A stretch of 28,010 nt of DNA, taken from NCBI GenBank assembly GCA_038231275.1, contig JBBRLQ010000056.1:1-28010 (forward strand), written 5' to 3'. Source of the DNA: Polyangiales bacterium. GTDB taxonomy: Bacteria > Myxococcota_A > Polyangia > Polyangiales > Polyangiaceae. Position 1 is the stretch's first letter, and each line of letters starts with the position of its first letter. The notes beneath the pieces were generated by a model that saw nothing but the letters and a program-made list of their open reading frames with translations, was not told the DNA's origin and did no database searches. Below, piece after piece: positions 7,976 to 18,536 of this stretch. The translations under genes were made by a program, and so were the position numbers.

Positions 7976-10201
7976 TTACTCGATCGCGGGAACTTCGCGC
8001 GGGGCGAGCACGTAGGTGGTGCCACGGCCGTGCTTCGTCTCGGCGCGGACCGTGTACCCGCAGGTGGCCAGCTCTTCGCGGACGGCGTCGAGCCCAACGC
8101 CGCGCCCCGCCAATTCCCCGGGACGAATGCTCGTCGTGAGGCCTGCTTCGAACATCGCCTCGCGGGCCGGTCCGTCCACGCCGAGCTCCTTTGCGCGCGC
8201 GAGGATTTGGTCCTCGTCGAGCCCGCGGCCGTCGTCCTCCACTGTGATGACGGGCCCGCCTTCGCCCGCGGCGGCCGCGACGCGCACCGTGCCGACCGGC
8301 TCTTTTCCTTCGCGCGTGCGCTCGAGCGGGGTCTCGACGCCGTGCGCGACGGCGTTCTTCACGAGGTGCACGAGCACGCCGCCGAGGACGCGCGCGAGGG
8401 CAGGGGGGACTTTGACGTCACGGCCGCCGACGTCGAGCGTCACTTGCTTCTTCTCTTTTTCGGCCCAAGCGGGCGTCATGTCTAGGAGCGTGGCGGTGCT
8501 CTCACCGAAGCGCCGCGCACCGAGGCGCTGCACAGCGCGGCCGAGGGCGTCGTCGCGGTCCGCGGCGAGGGACAGGGCCTCCTCGACCTCGCTCCGCTGG
8601 ACGGTCATTTGATCGAGCGCGGCGCGGCCGACGGGGGACACGGCCACGAAGTCCTCGCGCGCGACGAGCACCGCGTCGTCCGCGCGCTGGAGGGCGGCGA
8701 GGAGTCGGTCATGCACGCCGCCGGTGAACGCCACGCCGACGTCGCGCGCGCGATCCCGAAGCGTGGCGAGGAGATCTTCGACGGCGCCGAGCTCGGTCTC
8801 GAGCTCGCGCAAGTCGAACGCGCGTGCCTCGCTGCGCATCGTGTGGGCGCGGCGGAAGAGCGCGTCGAGATCGGCGCGCGGGAGCTCGCGCGGCGCGGCG
8901 CCCAAGGTCGCGATGCAGACGGCGAGCTCCTCCCGCGATTTCTCGGTGAACGTCACGAACAGGTGCGCGCCGCCGGCGACGAGGCGCCGCATCGCCGCCA
9001 TGCGCCGCGCGTGCTCCTCGACCTGTGCCTCCACGGTCTGCTCGAGGCGTCGCACGTCGCTCATGTCGGTCGCGAGGAGCATGACGCGGTCGATCTTCCC
9101 GTCCTTCTCGATCGGGCGGAACTCCGCCTCGAGGGGCAGCGTCGTACCGTCGGGCCTGGTGACCGCGAGCTCCTTGGGCGCGAGCTTCGCGACGTCGGGC
9201 CAGTCCGCGAGCGCGACGTCGAACGCGACCGACAGCCACTCGGCGAACGCCTGCGCGTCGACGTCGTGCGACGGAACGCCGCCGTAGAGGAGCTCCTGGA
9301 TCTTTGCCCCCTCCAGGTGCTCGCCGAAGAACGCGCGCGCCTCGGCCGACGCTTCCCCCACCACGCGCCCGTCGCGATCGAACGCGAGGATGGCCTGGTG
9401 CATGTGATCGAGCAGATCGCGGATGCGACGCGTCGCGAGCGCCAGGTCCCTCTCGCGATCGGCGAGCGCCGCGCTCATTCCGTTGAACGCGCGCCCTAGC
9501 TGCCCGATCTCGTCGGTGGACGTCACCTCCACGCGCGCGGCGAGATCGCCCCGGCCCACGCGGCCGGCCGCGTCGACGAGGCGCGCGAGCGGCACGACGA
9601 TCTGGCGCCTCGCGACGCCAACGAGCACCGCCGCGGTCCCCGCCGAGAGGAGCACCGCGAGCCAGAAAATGCGGCTGCGCGTCTCGGTGAACGCCGCGTT
9701 CTCGCGGGCGAGCGAGAAGACGATCCGCGTCTTGCCGACCGCCTTTCCACGCGCACGGACGACGCGCGACACCTCGACGCGATCCGTATGGACGACGGGC
9801 GCGCCGGCGAGCTCGGCGGCGGTCGGGAGGGTCGTCGCGTCGCACGCCTCCTCGATTTTCGCGGCCGGCGCCGTTGCATCTCCCGCCCACACCGCGGCGC
9901 AGCTCACTTCGGGGTTTGCGTCGAGGTGCGAGAGCTCCGCGCCGATCGCCTCGGCGTCGCCGAAATCGAGCGGTGCCCCCAGCGACTCGGCGAACAGATC
10001 CGCGACCATCGACGCGGCGATGGTCTTGGCGGCGACCACGGCGGCCAGCTCTCGGCGCGAGACTTCGCGGTACACCAGCGCCGAGACGATCGCGAGGACA
10101 GCGACGGTCGCGAGCGCGAGGCGCGCCCCGATCGACAGCGCGCGGCCTGTCGCGCCGTTCGCGCCGCCCGCATTGTCCTCCCCTGTCCGCGCGGCGGCCA
10201 T
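7976..10201 (-). CDS. Membrane-bound CheA-type histidine kinase: TM, YfiN/CHASE8-like periplasmic domain, TM, HAMP, PAS-like, Hpt, HATPase (no CheW domain)
   Basis: Two TM helices; HAMP (PLARL..GDLAARV..DEIGQLGRAFNGM); Hpt LFRRAHTMRS (His codon 8843-8845); CheA-type ATPase HLVKNAVAHG, EDDGRG, FEAGLTT, GRGVGLDAV, GRGTT, ending about 12 aa later. Start is placed at ATG 10201 because the track start at 10504 is antisense to the next gene. Confidence 0.88.
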   Translation of the reverse strand: MAAARTGEDNAGGANGATGRALSIGARLALATVAVLAIVSALVYREVSRRELAAVVAAKTIAASMVADLFAESLGAPLDFGDAEAIGAELSHLDANPEVSCAAVWAGDATAPAAKIEEACDATTLPTAAELAGAPVVHTDRVEVSRVVRARGKAVGKTRIVFSLARENAAFTETRSRIFWLAVLLSAGTAAVLVGVARRQIVVPLARLVDAAGRVGRGDLAARVEVTSTDEIGQLGRAFNGMSAALADRERDLALATRRIRDLLDHMHQAILAFDRDGRVVGEASAEARAFFGEHLEGAKIQELLYGGVPSHDVDAQAFAEWLSVAFDVALADWPDVAKLAPKELAVTRPDGTTLPLEAEFRPIEKDGKIDRVMLLATDMSDVRRLEQTVEAQVEEHARRMAAMRRLVAGGAHLFVTFTEKSREELAVCIATLGAAPRELPRADLDALFRRAHTMRSEARAFDLRELETELGAVEDLLATLRDRARDVGVAFTGGVHDRLLAALQRADDAVLVAREDFVAVSPVGRAALDQMTVQRSEVEEALSLAADRDDALGRAVQRLGARRFGESTATLLDMTPAWAEKEKKQVTLDVGGRDVKVPPALARVLGGVLVHLVKNAVAHGVETPLERTREGKEPVGTVRVAAAAGEGGPVITVEDDGRGLDEDQILARAKELGVDGPAREAMFEAGLTTSIRPGELAGRGVGLDAVREELATCGYTVRAETKHGRGTTYVLAPREVPAIE

Positions 10202-10226
10202 GCTATTCCGGGCCTCAGGATACCGG
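10201..10226. promoter_or_regulatory. Candidate overlapping bidirectional promoter between the kinase and the YfiR-family gene
   Basis: Minus-strand TATCCT (10222-10217) and plus-strand TGcTATTCC (10201-10209). AGGA at 10217-10220 also serves as a Shine-Dalgarno-like site for ATG 10227. Confidence 0.4.
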
Positions 10227-10796
10227 ATGGGAAGGGCGCTCGCGCGGCTGATCCTCCTCGCGACCGTGCTCGTCGCGTGGCCGACGTTCGCCGAGGAGGT
10301 CGGCGTCCCCATCGGATTGCAAGCGGAGCTGGTCGCCAAGGTCGCCGCGTACGACAAGAATTTCGTGGCGCGCGCCGGCGATCGCGTCCACGTCCTCCTC
10401 GTCACGCGCATTGGCGACTCCGAGTCGGTGCGGACGGCGGCCCACATGGAGAGCGCGCTCCGTGACGTGAAGGAGATCGGCGGCCTTCCCCACGACGAGG
10501 TCACCGTCGGCTTCGCGGGCCCGAAGGCGCTCGCCGAGGCCGTGCGCGCGCGTCACGTCGCCATCGTGTACCTCACGCCGGGCCTCGGCACCGAGGTCGA
10601 GGCGATCCGAGACGCGCTGGCGGGCGTCAGCGTGCTCAGCGTCGGCGCCATCTCCGATTTCGTCCCCAAGGGCGCCGTCCTCGGGTTCGACGTCGTCAGC
10701 GGCAAGCCAAAGCTGGTCGTGAACCTCACCCAGGCGAAGAAGCAAGACGTGGCGTTCAAGGCGGAGGTTCTCAAGCTGATGCGGGTGATCGAATGA
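10227..10796 (+). CDS. YfiR/HmsC family periplasmic protein (DUF4154)
   Basis: Signal peptide (RLILLATVLVAWPTFA-EE) and C-terminal pattern VLSVG..DFV.KG..LGF....KPKLVVNL..AK..DVAFKAEVLKL typical of the family. 189 aa, adjacent to a TBDR and a HAMP sensor. Confidence 0.8.
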   Translation: MGRALARLILLATVLVAWPTFAEEVGVPIGLQAELVAKVAAYDKNFVARAGDRVHVLLVTRIGDSESVRTAAHMESALRDVKEIGGLPHDEVTVGFAGPKALAEAVRARHVAIVYLTPGLGTEVEAIRDALAGVSVLSVGAISDFVPKGAVLGFDVVSGKPKLVVNLTQAKKQDVAFKAEVLKLMRVIE

Positions 10797-13027
10797 CGCC
10801 GCGCGCGCTCTCTCGTTGCGTCGCGCTCGCAGCGGGCCTCGTCGGCCTCGCCGGCCTCGCGACGACCACGGTCGCGCGCGCCGACGACGCGAGCGATCTG
10901 GCCGGCCTCCTGAACGAGACGGTCGTGACGACGGCCTCCAAGTCCGCCGAAACCGGCGCGACCGCCCCCGCCACGTCGACGACGATCACCGCCGAGGATC
11001 TGCGCCGCTACGGTGTCCACTCCCTCGACGAGGCGATCGATTTTCTCTCGCTCGGCGTCGTGACGCAAAATCCGCTCAAGGCCGTCGACGTCGGCGCGCG
11101 CGGGGTCCTCCTCCCCAGCGATCACGGCGATCACCTTCTCCTCCTCGTGAACGGCCACGCGGTGAACGACGGGCTCTTCGGCGGCGCCGACTACGGGCGC
11201 GGTCTCGGCATCCCGCTCGAGATGATCGATCACATCGAGGTCGTCCTCGGCCCCGGCTCGGTCCTCTACGGCTCGAACGCGATGCTCGGCGTCATCAACG
11301 TCATCACCAAGCGCGCGAAGGACTGGAAGGGCGTCCACCTCGCGCTCGAGAGCGAGCTCGCGAAGAGCTACCGCGTCGCAGGCGGCGGCGGCGCGCAGTT
11401 CACGCTCTTCGGAAAGGCGGGCGAGGCGACGCTCGGCCTCGAGTACTTCACGCAGTCCGGTCCTCCCCTCCTCTACAACCTCGAGTACGGCGGCATCGAC
11501 CCGGTCAGCTCGCGCGGCGTCCGTTACTCACGCGGCGGCCCCGAGAACGGCTACTGGGGCGGCGTCGCGCGAAACGGCTACTACGCGCGCGTCCCCTCCG
11601 GCTTCCTGCGCCTCGAGTGGGGCGACTTCGAGCTCAACGTCCACGCGAAGGCGTACACGCGCGCAGCCCCTTATCGCGCGCGCTACGACAGCGATTTTTT
11701 CGACTTCGACGATCCCGATTCGTACGAGGTCGATCGGCACGTCTGGGCCGACTTGCGGCACCGCGCGCGCCTCTCGCCGATCGTCGAATTGACGTCCCGC
11801 GTCTACGCGGACACGTGGGATTTCCAGAGTCGCCGCAACTCGAGCGAGGCCAGCGCGTGCTTGTCGGCGGGCGACGCGAGCGTGGCGACGTGCCAGTTCT
11901 ACACGCCGGGCATCTCGCGCTGGGCCGGCGCGGAGGTGCGTGCGTCGTTCGACTGGCTCGAGAACGAGCGCTTCGTCACGCTCATCGGCGTCGACGGGCG
12001 GCTGCGCACCGCGGGCCTCAAGATCGACCCGCGCGATTTTGCGACGGGCCGCCCGCTCTCGTCGAGCCTCGGCGTCATCGATCGGCAGGACTCGGTCGCG
12101 TCGGCGTACGCGCAGCAGACGTGGTCCCCGACGGCGTGGTTCGGCCTCAACGCCGGCGCGCGCGTCGACAAGCAGACGCGGTACGACGGCGTCTTCTCCC
12201 CGCGCCTCGCCGCCAACGCGCGCCCGTGGAACGGCGGCACACTGCGCGCCGTCTACGCCGAGGCCTTCCGCGCGCCCTCGATCGTCGAGAGCGATTTGCA
12301 AAACCCCATCCAGATCCACGCCGGCGATCTTCGCCCCGAGCGCGTGCGTTCCGTGGAGGGCTCGATCGAGCAGCGCTTCGGGACGCAGCGCATCTTCTTC
12401 GGCGCGTTCCGCTCGTGGTGGAGCGATCTCGTCGAGCTCCACGTCTTGAACGAGCAAGAGCGTCGCGACGCGGTCGCCGCCGGGCAGCTTTCGATTTTCT
12501 CGTTCGGCGCGGCGCAGTTCAAGAACGTCGCGGCGATCGACAACTACGGCATGAACGCCGGCTACGAGGGCTCGCTCGGCGACGGACAGGCCTTCAGGTA
12601 CGGCGTCAACGCGACCGCCGCGATCGCGCGGCGCAGCGAGGCGGGGCTGGCGACCGAGCCGCTCGCGGTCGCGCCGTCGATCTTCGGCAACGCGCGCGTC
12701 GCGTACGATCTGCCGGGCGCCTTGCCGACGCTCGCGCTCGCCGCTCACTACGTCAACAAGCGCCCCGCCGATCGCGCGTACGACGGAGGCTGGCCTGTCG
12801 TGCCGTACGCGCGTCCTCAGCTCACCGGCCGCTTTACGGTCTCCGGCCCGTTCCCCTTCATCAAGGGTCTGTCGTACCGCGGCAGCGTCGACGCGTCCGT
12901 CGAGGATCGCGGCGCCTACGTCGTCGGGCCCATCCAGACCGCCGATCCGAAGAACCCCTCACCGCAGCTCGTCCCCGTCGATACGCTCCGCGCGACGATC
13001 GGGCTGCAGTACGATCTCATTCCATGA
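10793..13027 (+). CDS. TonB-dependent receptor (plug + beta-barrel)
   Basis: Signal peptide; DLAGLLNETVVTTASK; plug motifs ITAEDLRRYG, LLLVNG, IDHIEVVLGPGSVLYGSNAMLGVINVIT; barrel motifs FSPR, AFRAPS, LRPER; C-terminal IGLQYD. ATGA overlap with the YfiR-family gene. Confidence 0.93.
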   Translation: MTPRALSRCVALAAGLVGLAGLATTTVARADDASDLAGLLNETVVTTASKSAETGATAPATSTTITAEDLRRYGVHSLDEAIDFLSLGVVTQNPLKAVDVGARGVLLPSDHGDHLLLLVNGHAVNDGLFGGADYGRGLGIPLEMIDHIEVVLGPGSVLYGSNAMLGVINVITKRAKDWKGVHLALESELAKSYRVAGGGGAQFTLFGKAGEATLGLEYFTQSGPPLLYNLEYGGIDPVSSRGVRYSRGGPENGYWGGVARNGYYARVPSGFLRLEWGDFELNVHAKAYTRAAPYRARYDSDFFDFDDPDSYEVDRHVWADLRHRARLSPIVELTSRVYADTWDFQSRRNSSEASACLSAGDASVATCQFYTPGISRWAGAEVRASFDWLENERFVTLIGVDGRLRTAGLKIDPRDFATGRPLSSSLGVIDRQDSVASAYAQQTWSPTAWFGLNAGARVDKQTRYDGVFSPRLAANARPWNGGTLRAVYAEAFRAPSIVESDLQNPIQIHAGDLRPERVRSVEGSIEQRFGTQRIFFGAFRSWWSDLVELHVLNEQERRDAVAAGQLSIFSFGAAQFKNVAAIDNYGMNAGYEGSLGDGQAFRYGVNATAAIARRSEAGLATEPLAVAPSIFGNARVAYDLPGALPTLALAAHYVNKRPADRAYDGGWPVVPYARPQLTGRFTVSGPFPFIKGLSYRGSVDASVEDRGAYVVGPIQTADPKNPSPQLVPVDTLRATIGLQYDLIP

Positions 13028-13470
13028 GTCGCGCGCGCAAAAGGGCACTCGCCGTCGCCGCGCTGGCCTTCGCGTGCTTCGCGCCGCTCACGCTCGTCGC
13101 GTCCGCGTGCCTCGACGTGACGCCGGTGGTCCTTCCGCCGAAGGACGCCGCGTTCGCGGGCGATGGAAGCTGCACCGCGTGCCTCGAGCTTCCGGCGGCG
13201 CAGCACGGCTGCGACGATCAGCTCAGCGCCTGCCGTCAGGACCCGGGCTGCGCTCCGGTGCTGACGTGCATCCAGACGCTCGACTGCTTCGACCGACCGT
13301 CGATCGACGAGAAGCTCACGTGCGGCGCGCCGTGCATCCAGGAAGCCGGCATCACGGCCGTCGATGACCCGCGCGTCGTCGCCCTGCTCAACGTCGTCAA
13401 ATGTGGCCAAAGGCAGTGTGGAGTCGCCTGTAACTTGGGCGACGGGGGCCTCGGCTTCGACGCCCTCTGA
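13024..13470 (+). CDS. Small Cys-rich putative lipoprotein (148 aa)
   Basis: ATG 13024 overlaps the TBDR stop (ATGA). Basic N-terminus, hydrophobic stretch, LVASAC lipobox-like motif, and many CxxC/CxxxC pairs. Confidence 0.8.
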   Translation: MSRARKRALAVAALAFACFAPLTLVASACLDVTPVVLPPKDAAFAGDGSCTACLELPAAQHGCDDQLSACRQDPGCAPVLTCIQTLDCFDRPSIDEKLTCGAPCIQEAGITAVDDPRVVALLNVVKCGQRQCGVACNLGDGGLGFDAL

Positions 13471-13483
13471 TATATTTTGAACG

Positions 13484-15544
13484 ATGAGGGGATCTTTCGC
13501 GATGCGCCTGGGGCTGGCGATCGGCGCCGTCCTCGCCGTGCTCGCGGCGTGCAGCACGCCCGCCGATCCGGTCGTCCCCGCCGTCCCCGAAGATGACGCG
13601 GGGACACTCCCTGACGGTCCCGCTCCCGATGTCTCCGTCGCCACGTGCATCGGCGCTGCCGACGGAACCCCGTGCGGCGGCGGCAAGATCTGCGTGAGCG
13701 CGGCCTGCCTCGATCCGGCGTGCGGCGATGGCATCACGACGCCGCCCGAGGAGTGCGATCGCGGGGCCGGCAACGCGGCCGGCAGCGGCTGCGAGGCCGC
13801 GTGCGTCTTCACGTGCAAGAACGGCGACGCCGCGCGCGGCTGCAAGTCCGCCGACGCATGCATCGCCGACGGCACCTGCGACGCGACGCTCCACACCTGC
13901 ACGCCCGGCACGCCGCTCCCCGCGGGCGGAACGTGTGGAAACTACAAGCTCTGCGCCGGCGGAAAATGCATCGACGGCGTGTGCGGCGACGGCATCGTCA
14001 CCTCACCCGAGCAGTGCGACAACGGCTTGGCCAACGGCGTCGGCAAAGGATGCGAGACGTCGTGCAAGTTCACGTGCTCAACGCCGGCCGTCGACTGCCC
14101 CGCGGTGGCGTGCAACCTCCCCGCGTGCTCGGCGCAGCACACCTGCTCGACGACGCCCGATCCCTCGAAGAACGGCCAAGCGTGCGGCGCCGGCCTCGTC
14201 TGCAACAACGGCGCGTGCATCGCGCCCGGCGCGGTGTGCGGCAACGGTATCAAGGAGGGCGGCGAGGACTGCGACTTCGGCGCACAGAACGGCCCAGGCA
14301 CCGGCTGCGAGGCGACGTGCAAGTTCTCGTGCGCGACGGCGGCGGCGTGTGTCGACCCCAACGCGTGCGATCAGGCGCCGACGTGCAACCCCGTCACCGT
14401 AAACGGCAGCACCGGCCAAAAATGCGTCCTCGGCGGTACCAAGCCCGATGGATCTGCGTGCGGCGCCGGAAGCATCTGCGTCGCCGACATCTGCACGCCG
14501 AGCGTGTGCGGCGACGGCATCCGCGACGCCGCCAAGGGCGAGCAGTGCGACGACGGCAACACCAAGAACCTCGACGCGTGCGACGGCTCGTGCAAATTCG
14601 AGGAGGATCAGCGCGTCATCGCGATGCCCATGCAGTTCGGCACCGACGGGTACTGTACGAAGAACGCGATGGGCGGCGCGATCAGCGGCATCGCCCAAGG
14701 CAACATGCAGTCGTCGATCACCTCGTCGATCGCCGACGGCTCGCTCTCTGCGATGTTCAAGCTCGCCGGCGATCCGACGGGCGCGAGCGGGGCCGTGACC
14801 GTGGGCAGCCTCTCGGGCACGCCGGTCGCCGGCGCCAGCTACAGCGGCACGAAGGACACGGACTGGTGGTACACGGTCGACGCGAACGCGATCGACGGTT
14901 CGCGCAACGCGTTGGCCATGCTGACCGGCGCCTACGCAGGCGGCGCCGTCGACATGACCGGCACGCTCAACCTCATCATGACGATCGGCGGCTCACTCGC
15001 GGTCCTCCACGTCTCGAGCGGGAAGATTCACGCCACGATCGGCGCGCCGCCCACGACGCCGCTCACCTCGGCCGGCGCGACGCCCGGGCACCTCACCTCC
15101 GAGCATCTCTCGCCGACGCTCACGAGCTTCCCGACGATGGGCGGCACCAGCGGTTCTCCGACCGCCGAAATGTGCGGCAACGTCAGCGCGAACTCGCTCG
15201 CGACGACGGCGGTCCCCGCGGCGCTCCAGCCCGGCGGCAACACGCCGTGCACCGAGGGGTACAACTCGAGCAACCGCGTCCTCGACGTCTTCGTCCACGG
15301 GTGCCACGTCAGCGTCATCGGCATCAAGGTGCAGGTCATCAAGCCGACGCAGCCCGACCAGTCCGATCCCGCGGCGCCCATCGCAGGCGCAGGCGCGCCG
15401 TACTCCTTCACCACCGACGCCGCGAACCGCGTCACCCAGTGCACGGACAAGAACGCCGCCGTCGTTCCGCTGACGACCTGCCTCAACTCCGCGGCCTACT
15501 CGAGCTTCTTCAAGTTCGCGACCGATAGGGTCATCATCAAGTAG
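13484..15544 (+). CDS. Lipoprotein with Myxococcus cysteine-rich repeats (DUF4215-like) and an unrecognised C-terminal domain
   Basis: Lipobox VLAAC; four CG(D/N)GI..E.CD.G repeats; about 315-aa Thr/Ser/Gly-rich C-terminal domain. Confidence 0.88.
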   Translation: MRGSFAMRLGLAIGAVLAVLAACSTPADPVVPAVPEDDAGTLPDGPAPDVSVATCIGAADGTPCGGGKICVSAACLDPACGDGITTPPEECDRGAGNAAGSGCEAACVFTCKNGDAARGCKSADACIADGTCDATLHTCTPGTPLPAGGTCGNYKLCAGGKCIDGVCGDGIVTSPEQCDNGLANGVGKGCETSCKFTCSTPAVDCPAVACNLPACSAQHTCSTTPDPSKNGQACGAGLVCNNGACIAPGAVCGNGIKEGGEDCDFGAQNGPGTGCEATCKFSCATAAACVDPNACDQAPTCNPVTVNGSTGQKCVLGGTKPDGSACGAGSICVADICTPSVCGDGIRDAAKGEQCDDGNTKNLDACDGSCKFEEDQRVIAMPMQFGTDGYCTKNAMGGAISGIAQGNMQSSITSSIADGSLSAMFKLAGDPTGASGAVTVGSLSGTPVAGASYSGTKDTDWWYTVDANAIDGSRNALAMLTGAYAGGAVDMTGTLNLIMTIGGSLAVLHVSSGKIHATIGAPPTTPLTSAGATPGHLTSEHLSPTLTSFPTMGGTSGSPTAEMCGNVSANSLATTAVPAALQPGGNTPCTEGYNSSNRVLDVFVHGCHVSVIGIKVQVIKPTQPDQSDPAAPIAGAGAPYSFTTDAANRVTQCTDKNAAVVPLTTCLNSAAYSSFFKFATDRVIIK
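13721..14600 (+). repeat. Four CG(D/N)GI..E.CD.G repeat units with 85-90 codon periodicity
   Basis: Units start at 13721, 13982, 14237 and 14507 (spacings 261, 255, 270 nt). Confidence 0.85.
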
Positions 15545-15547
15545 CTC

Positions 15548-17086
<1,539 letters not shown>

Positions 17087-17099
17087 GGGCCCGTCACGA

Positions 17100-17134
17100 A
17101 CTCCTCCCCTCGCGCGACGAGCGGGGGAAGGAGT
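17100..17134 (+). other. Imperfect GC-rich hairpin whose 3' arm contains the Shine-Dalgarno of the next gene
   Basis: ACTCCTCCCCT...GGGGGAAGGAGT can pair with one bulge and one G-U. There is no U-tract, so it is not a classic intrinsic terminator. Confidence 0.4.
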
Positions 17135-17138
17135 CTGC

Positions 17139-17789
17139 ATGCACGCGCACCGTTCCATCGCCGCGGTCCTCGGCGTCGCCGCCGTCACCGCCTCGCTCGC
17201 CGTCACCGCATTGTGGCCGCGCGCCACGTTCGCCGACGGCGATCCGACGACCGACGGAGTCACCCTCGACGGCACCAAGGTGGATGACGTCATCGTGATC
17301 GGCGAGCTCGTGAAAGAGCCGAAGTCGAAGACGGGGTGGGTCGTGGAGATCGAGGCCGAGAACCGCGGCACAGCCGAGGCGACCGCCGACGTCGAGACCG
17401 ACATCACGCGTCAGGTCATGAACATCGGCGCCCGCGTTGGCCCGCTGCCGACGGCGGTGTGGAAGAAGAAGGAGAAGCTCACCGTCGGCGCCGGCGCGAA
17501 GGTCGTTCGCCGCTACGAAGTCCCTGCGCCGCTCGCTCAAAAGATCGCCGCGTCGGCGAAGGCGATCGAGAACATCGAGCAGCTCTACGCAAGGGCCTCG
17601 GCGAAGACCCCGCCGCGCATCACCAACTACGCCGTCGAGTTCCGCGGTCGGTGGGCGAACGAGGCCTGGCGGAACCCCGAGAACTTCTCCAAGAACCCGT
17701 TCGGTGACTCGATGGAGATGATGATGCCGCCCTCGCCCGTGCCACCCCCGGGTGGGAAGACCGCGGCGGTCGATTCGTTCGTGTTCTAG
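17139..17789 (+). CDS. Hypothetical exported protein (216 aa)
   Basis: AAGGAG 5 nt before ATG 17139; N-terminal hydrophobic signal ending ATFA-DG; high GC3. No family recognised. Confidence 0.75.
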   Translation: MHAHRSIAAVLGVAAVTASLAVTALWPRATFADGDPTTDGVTLDGTKVDDVIVIGELVKEPKSKTGWVVEIEAENRGTAEATADVETDITRQVMNIGARVGPLPTAVWKKKEKLTVGAGAKVVRRYEVPAPLAQKIAASAKAIENIEQLYARASAKTPPRITNYAVEFRGRWANEAWRNPENFSKNPFGDSMEMMMPPSPVPPPGGKTAAVDSFVF

Positions 17790-17821
17790 GCGCGCGCGCG
17801 CGGTGCTATAGCCGCGCGACG

Positions 17822-18490
17822 ATGAAGCCGTGGGAGGTCCTTGGAAAGGCGAAGACGCCGGAGGGCGCGGAGATCTCGCTCACGCGTCGCGGCGACGAGT
17901 ACCTGATCCTCCGCGACGGGAAAGACCTCATGGGGAGCCGCATGAAGGGCTCCGAGGAGGCGCTCGCGACGCTCGGATGCGATCGCGCGCGGACGATGGA
18001 TCGCCCCACGGTGCTCATCGGAGGTCTCGGAATGGGCTTCACGCTCCGCGCGGCGATCGATCTGCTCCCGCCGGGCGCCACCGCCGTCGTGTCGGAGCTG
18101 ATGCCCGTCGTCGTCGAGTGGAACCGCGCCTACCTCGGCCACTTCACGCAGCACGTCCTCCACGATCCGCGCGTGAAGGTCGAGGTCGAGGACGTCGCCG
18201 ACGTGCTCCGAAAGGGCAAAGGCCGCTTCGACGCGATCATGCTCGACGTCGACAACGGGCCCGCCGCCTTCTCGCAAGCCGCCAACGTCCACCTCTATGA
18301 CGACGGCGGCATCGCGCGGGCGAAAGCCGCGCTGCGCCCGAAGGGGGTGTTCGCGATCTGGTCGGCCGGCGACGAGCGCAAATTCGAGGCGCGCCTCCGC
18401 GACCACGGCTTCGAGGCGGAGACGCACCACGTCCGGGCGCGGGGCAAGCAAGGCGGCCGCCGTCACACGATCTTCATCGGGCGCCTCTAG
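17822..18490 (+). CDS. Class I SAM-dependent methyltransferase fold, spermidine synthase-like
   Basis: LMGSR..GSEEALA, VLIGGLGMGFTL (motif I), VVSEL, FDAIMLDVDNGP, LRPKGVFAIWS. Confidence 0.88.
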   Translation: MKPWEVLGKAKTPEGAEISLTRRGDEYLILRDGKDLMGSRMKGSEEALATLGCDRARTMDRPTVLIGGLGMGFTLRAAIDLLPPGATAVVSELMPVVVEWNRAYLGHFTQHVLHDPRVKVEVEDVADVLRKGKGRFDAIMLDVDNGPAAFSQAANVHLYDDGGIARAKAALRPKGVFAIWSAGDERKFEARLRDHGFEAETHHVRARGKQGGRRHTIFIGRL

Positions 18491-18536
18491 CGCGCAACCT
18501 CTAGCGCCCGCCGCCCCGCGATCTATGCTTGAGGGG

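Noticed and set aside
7976..10201. Chemotaxis (che) cluster
   Set aside because: No MCP, CheW, CheR, CheB or stand-alone CheY in the window, and the kinase lacks the P5 domain.
9423..10504. Apparent long overlap between kinase ORF 7976-10504 and ORF 9423-10796
   Set aside because: It results from taking the most upstream start codons. The TM helix and signal peptide place the starts at 10201 and 10227, with no overlap.
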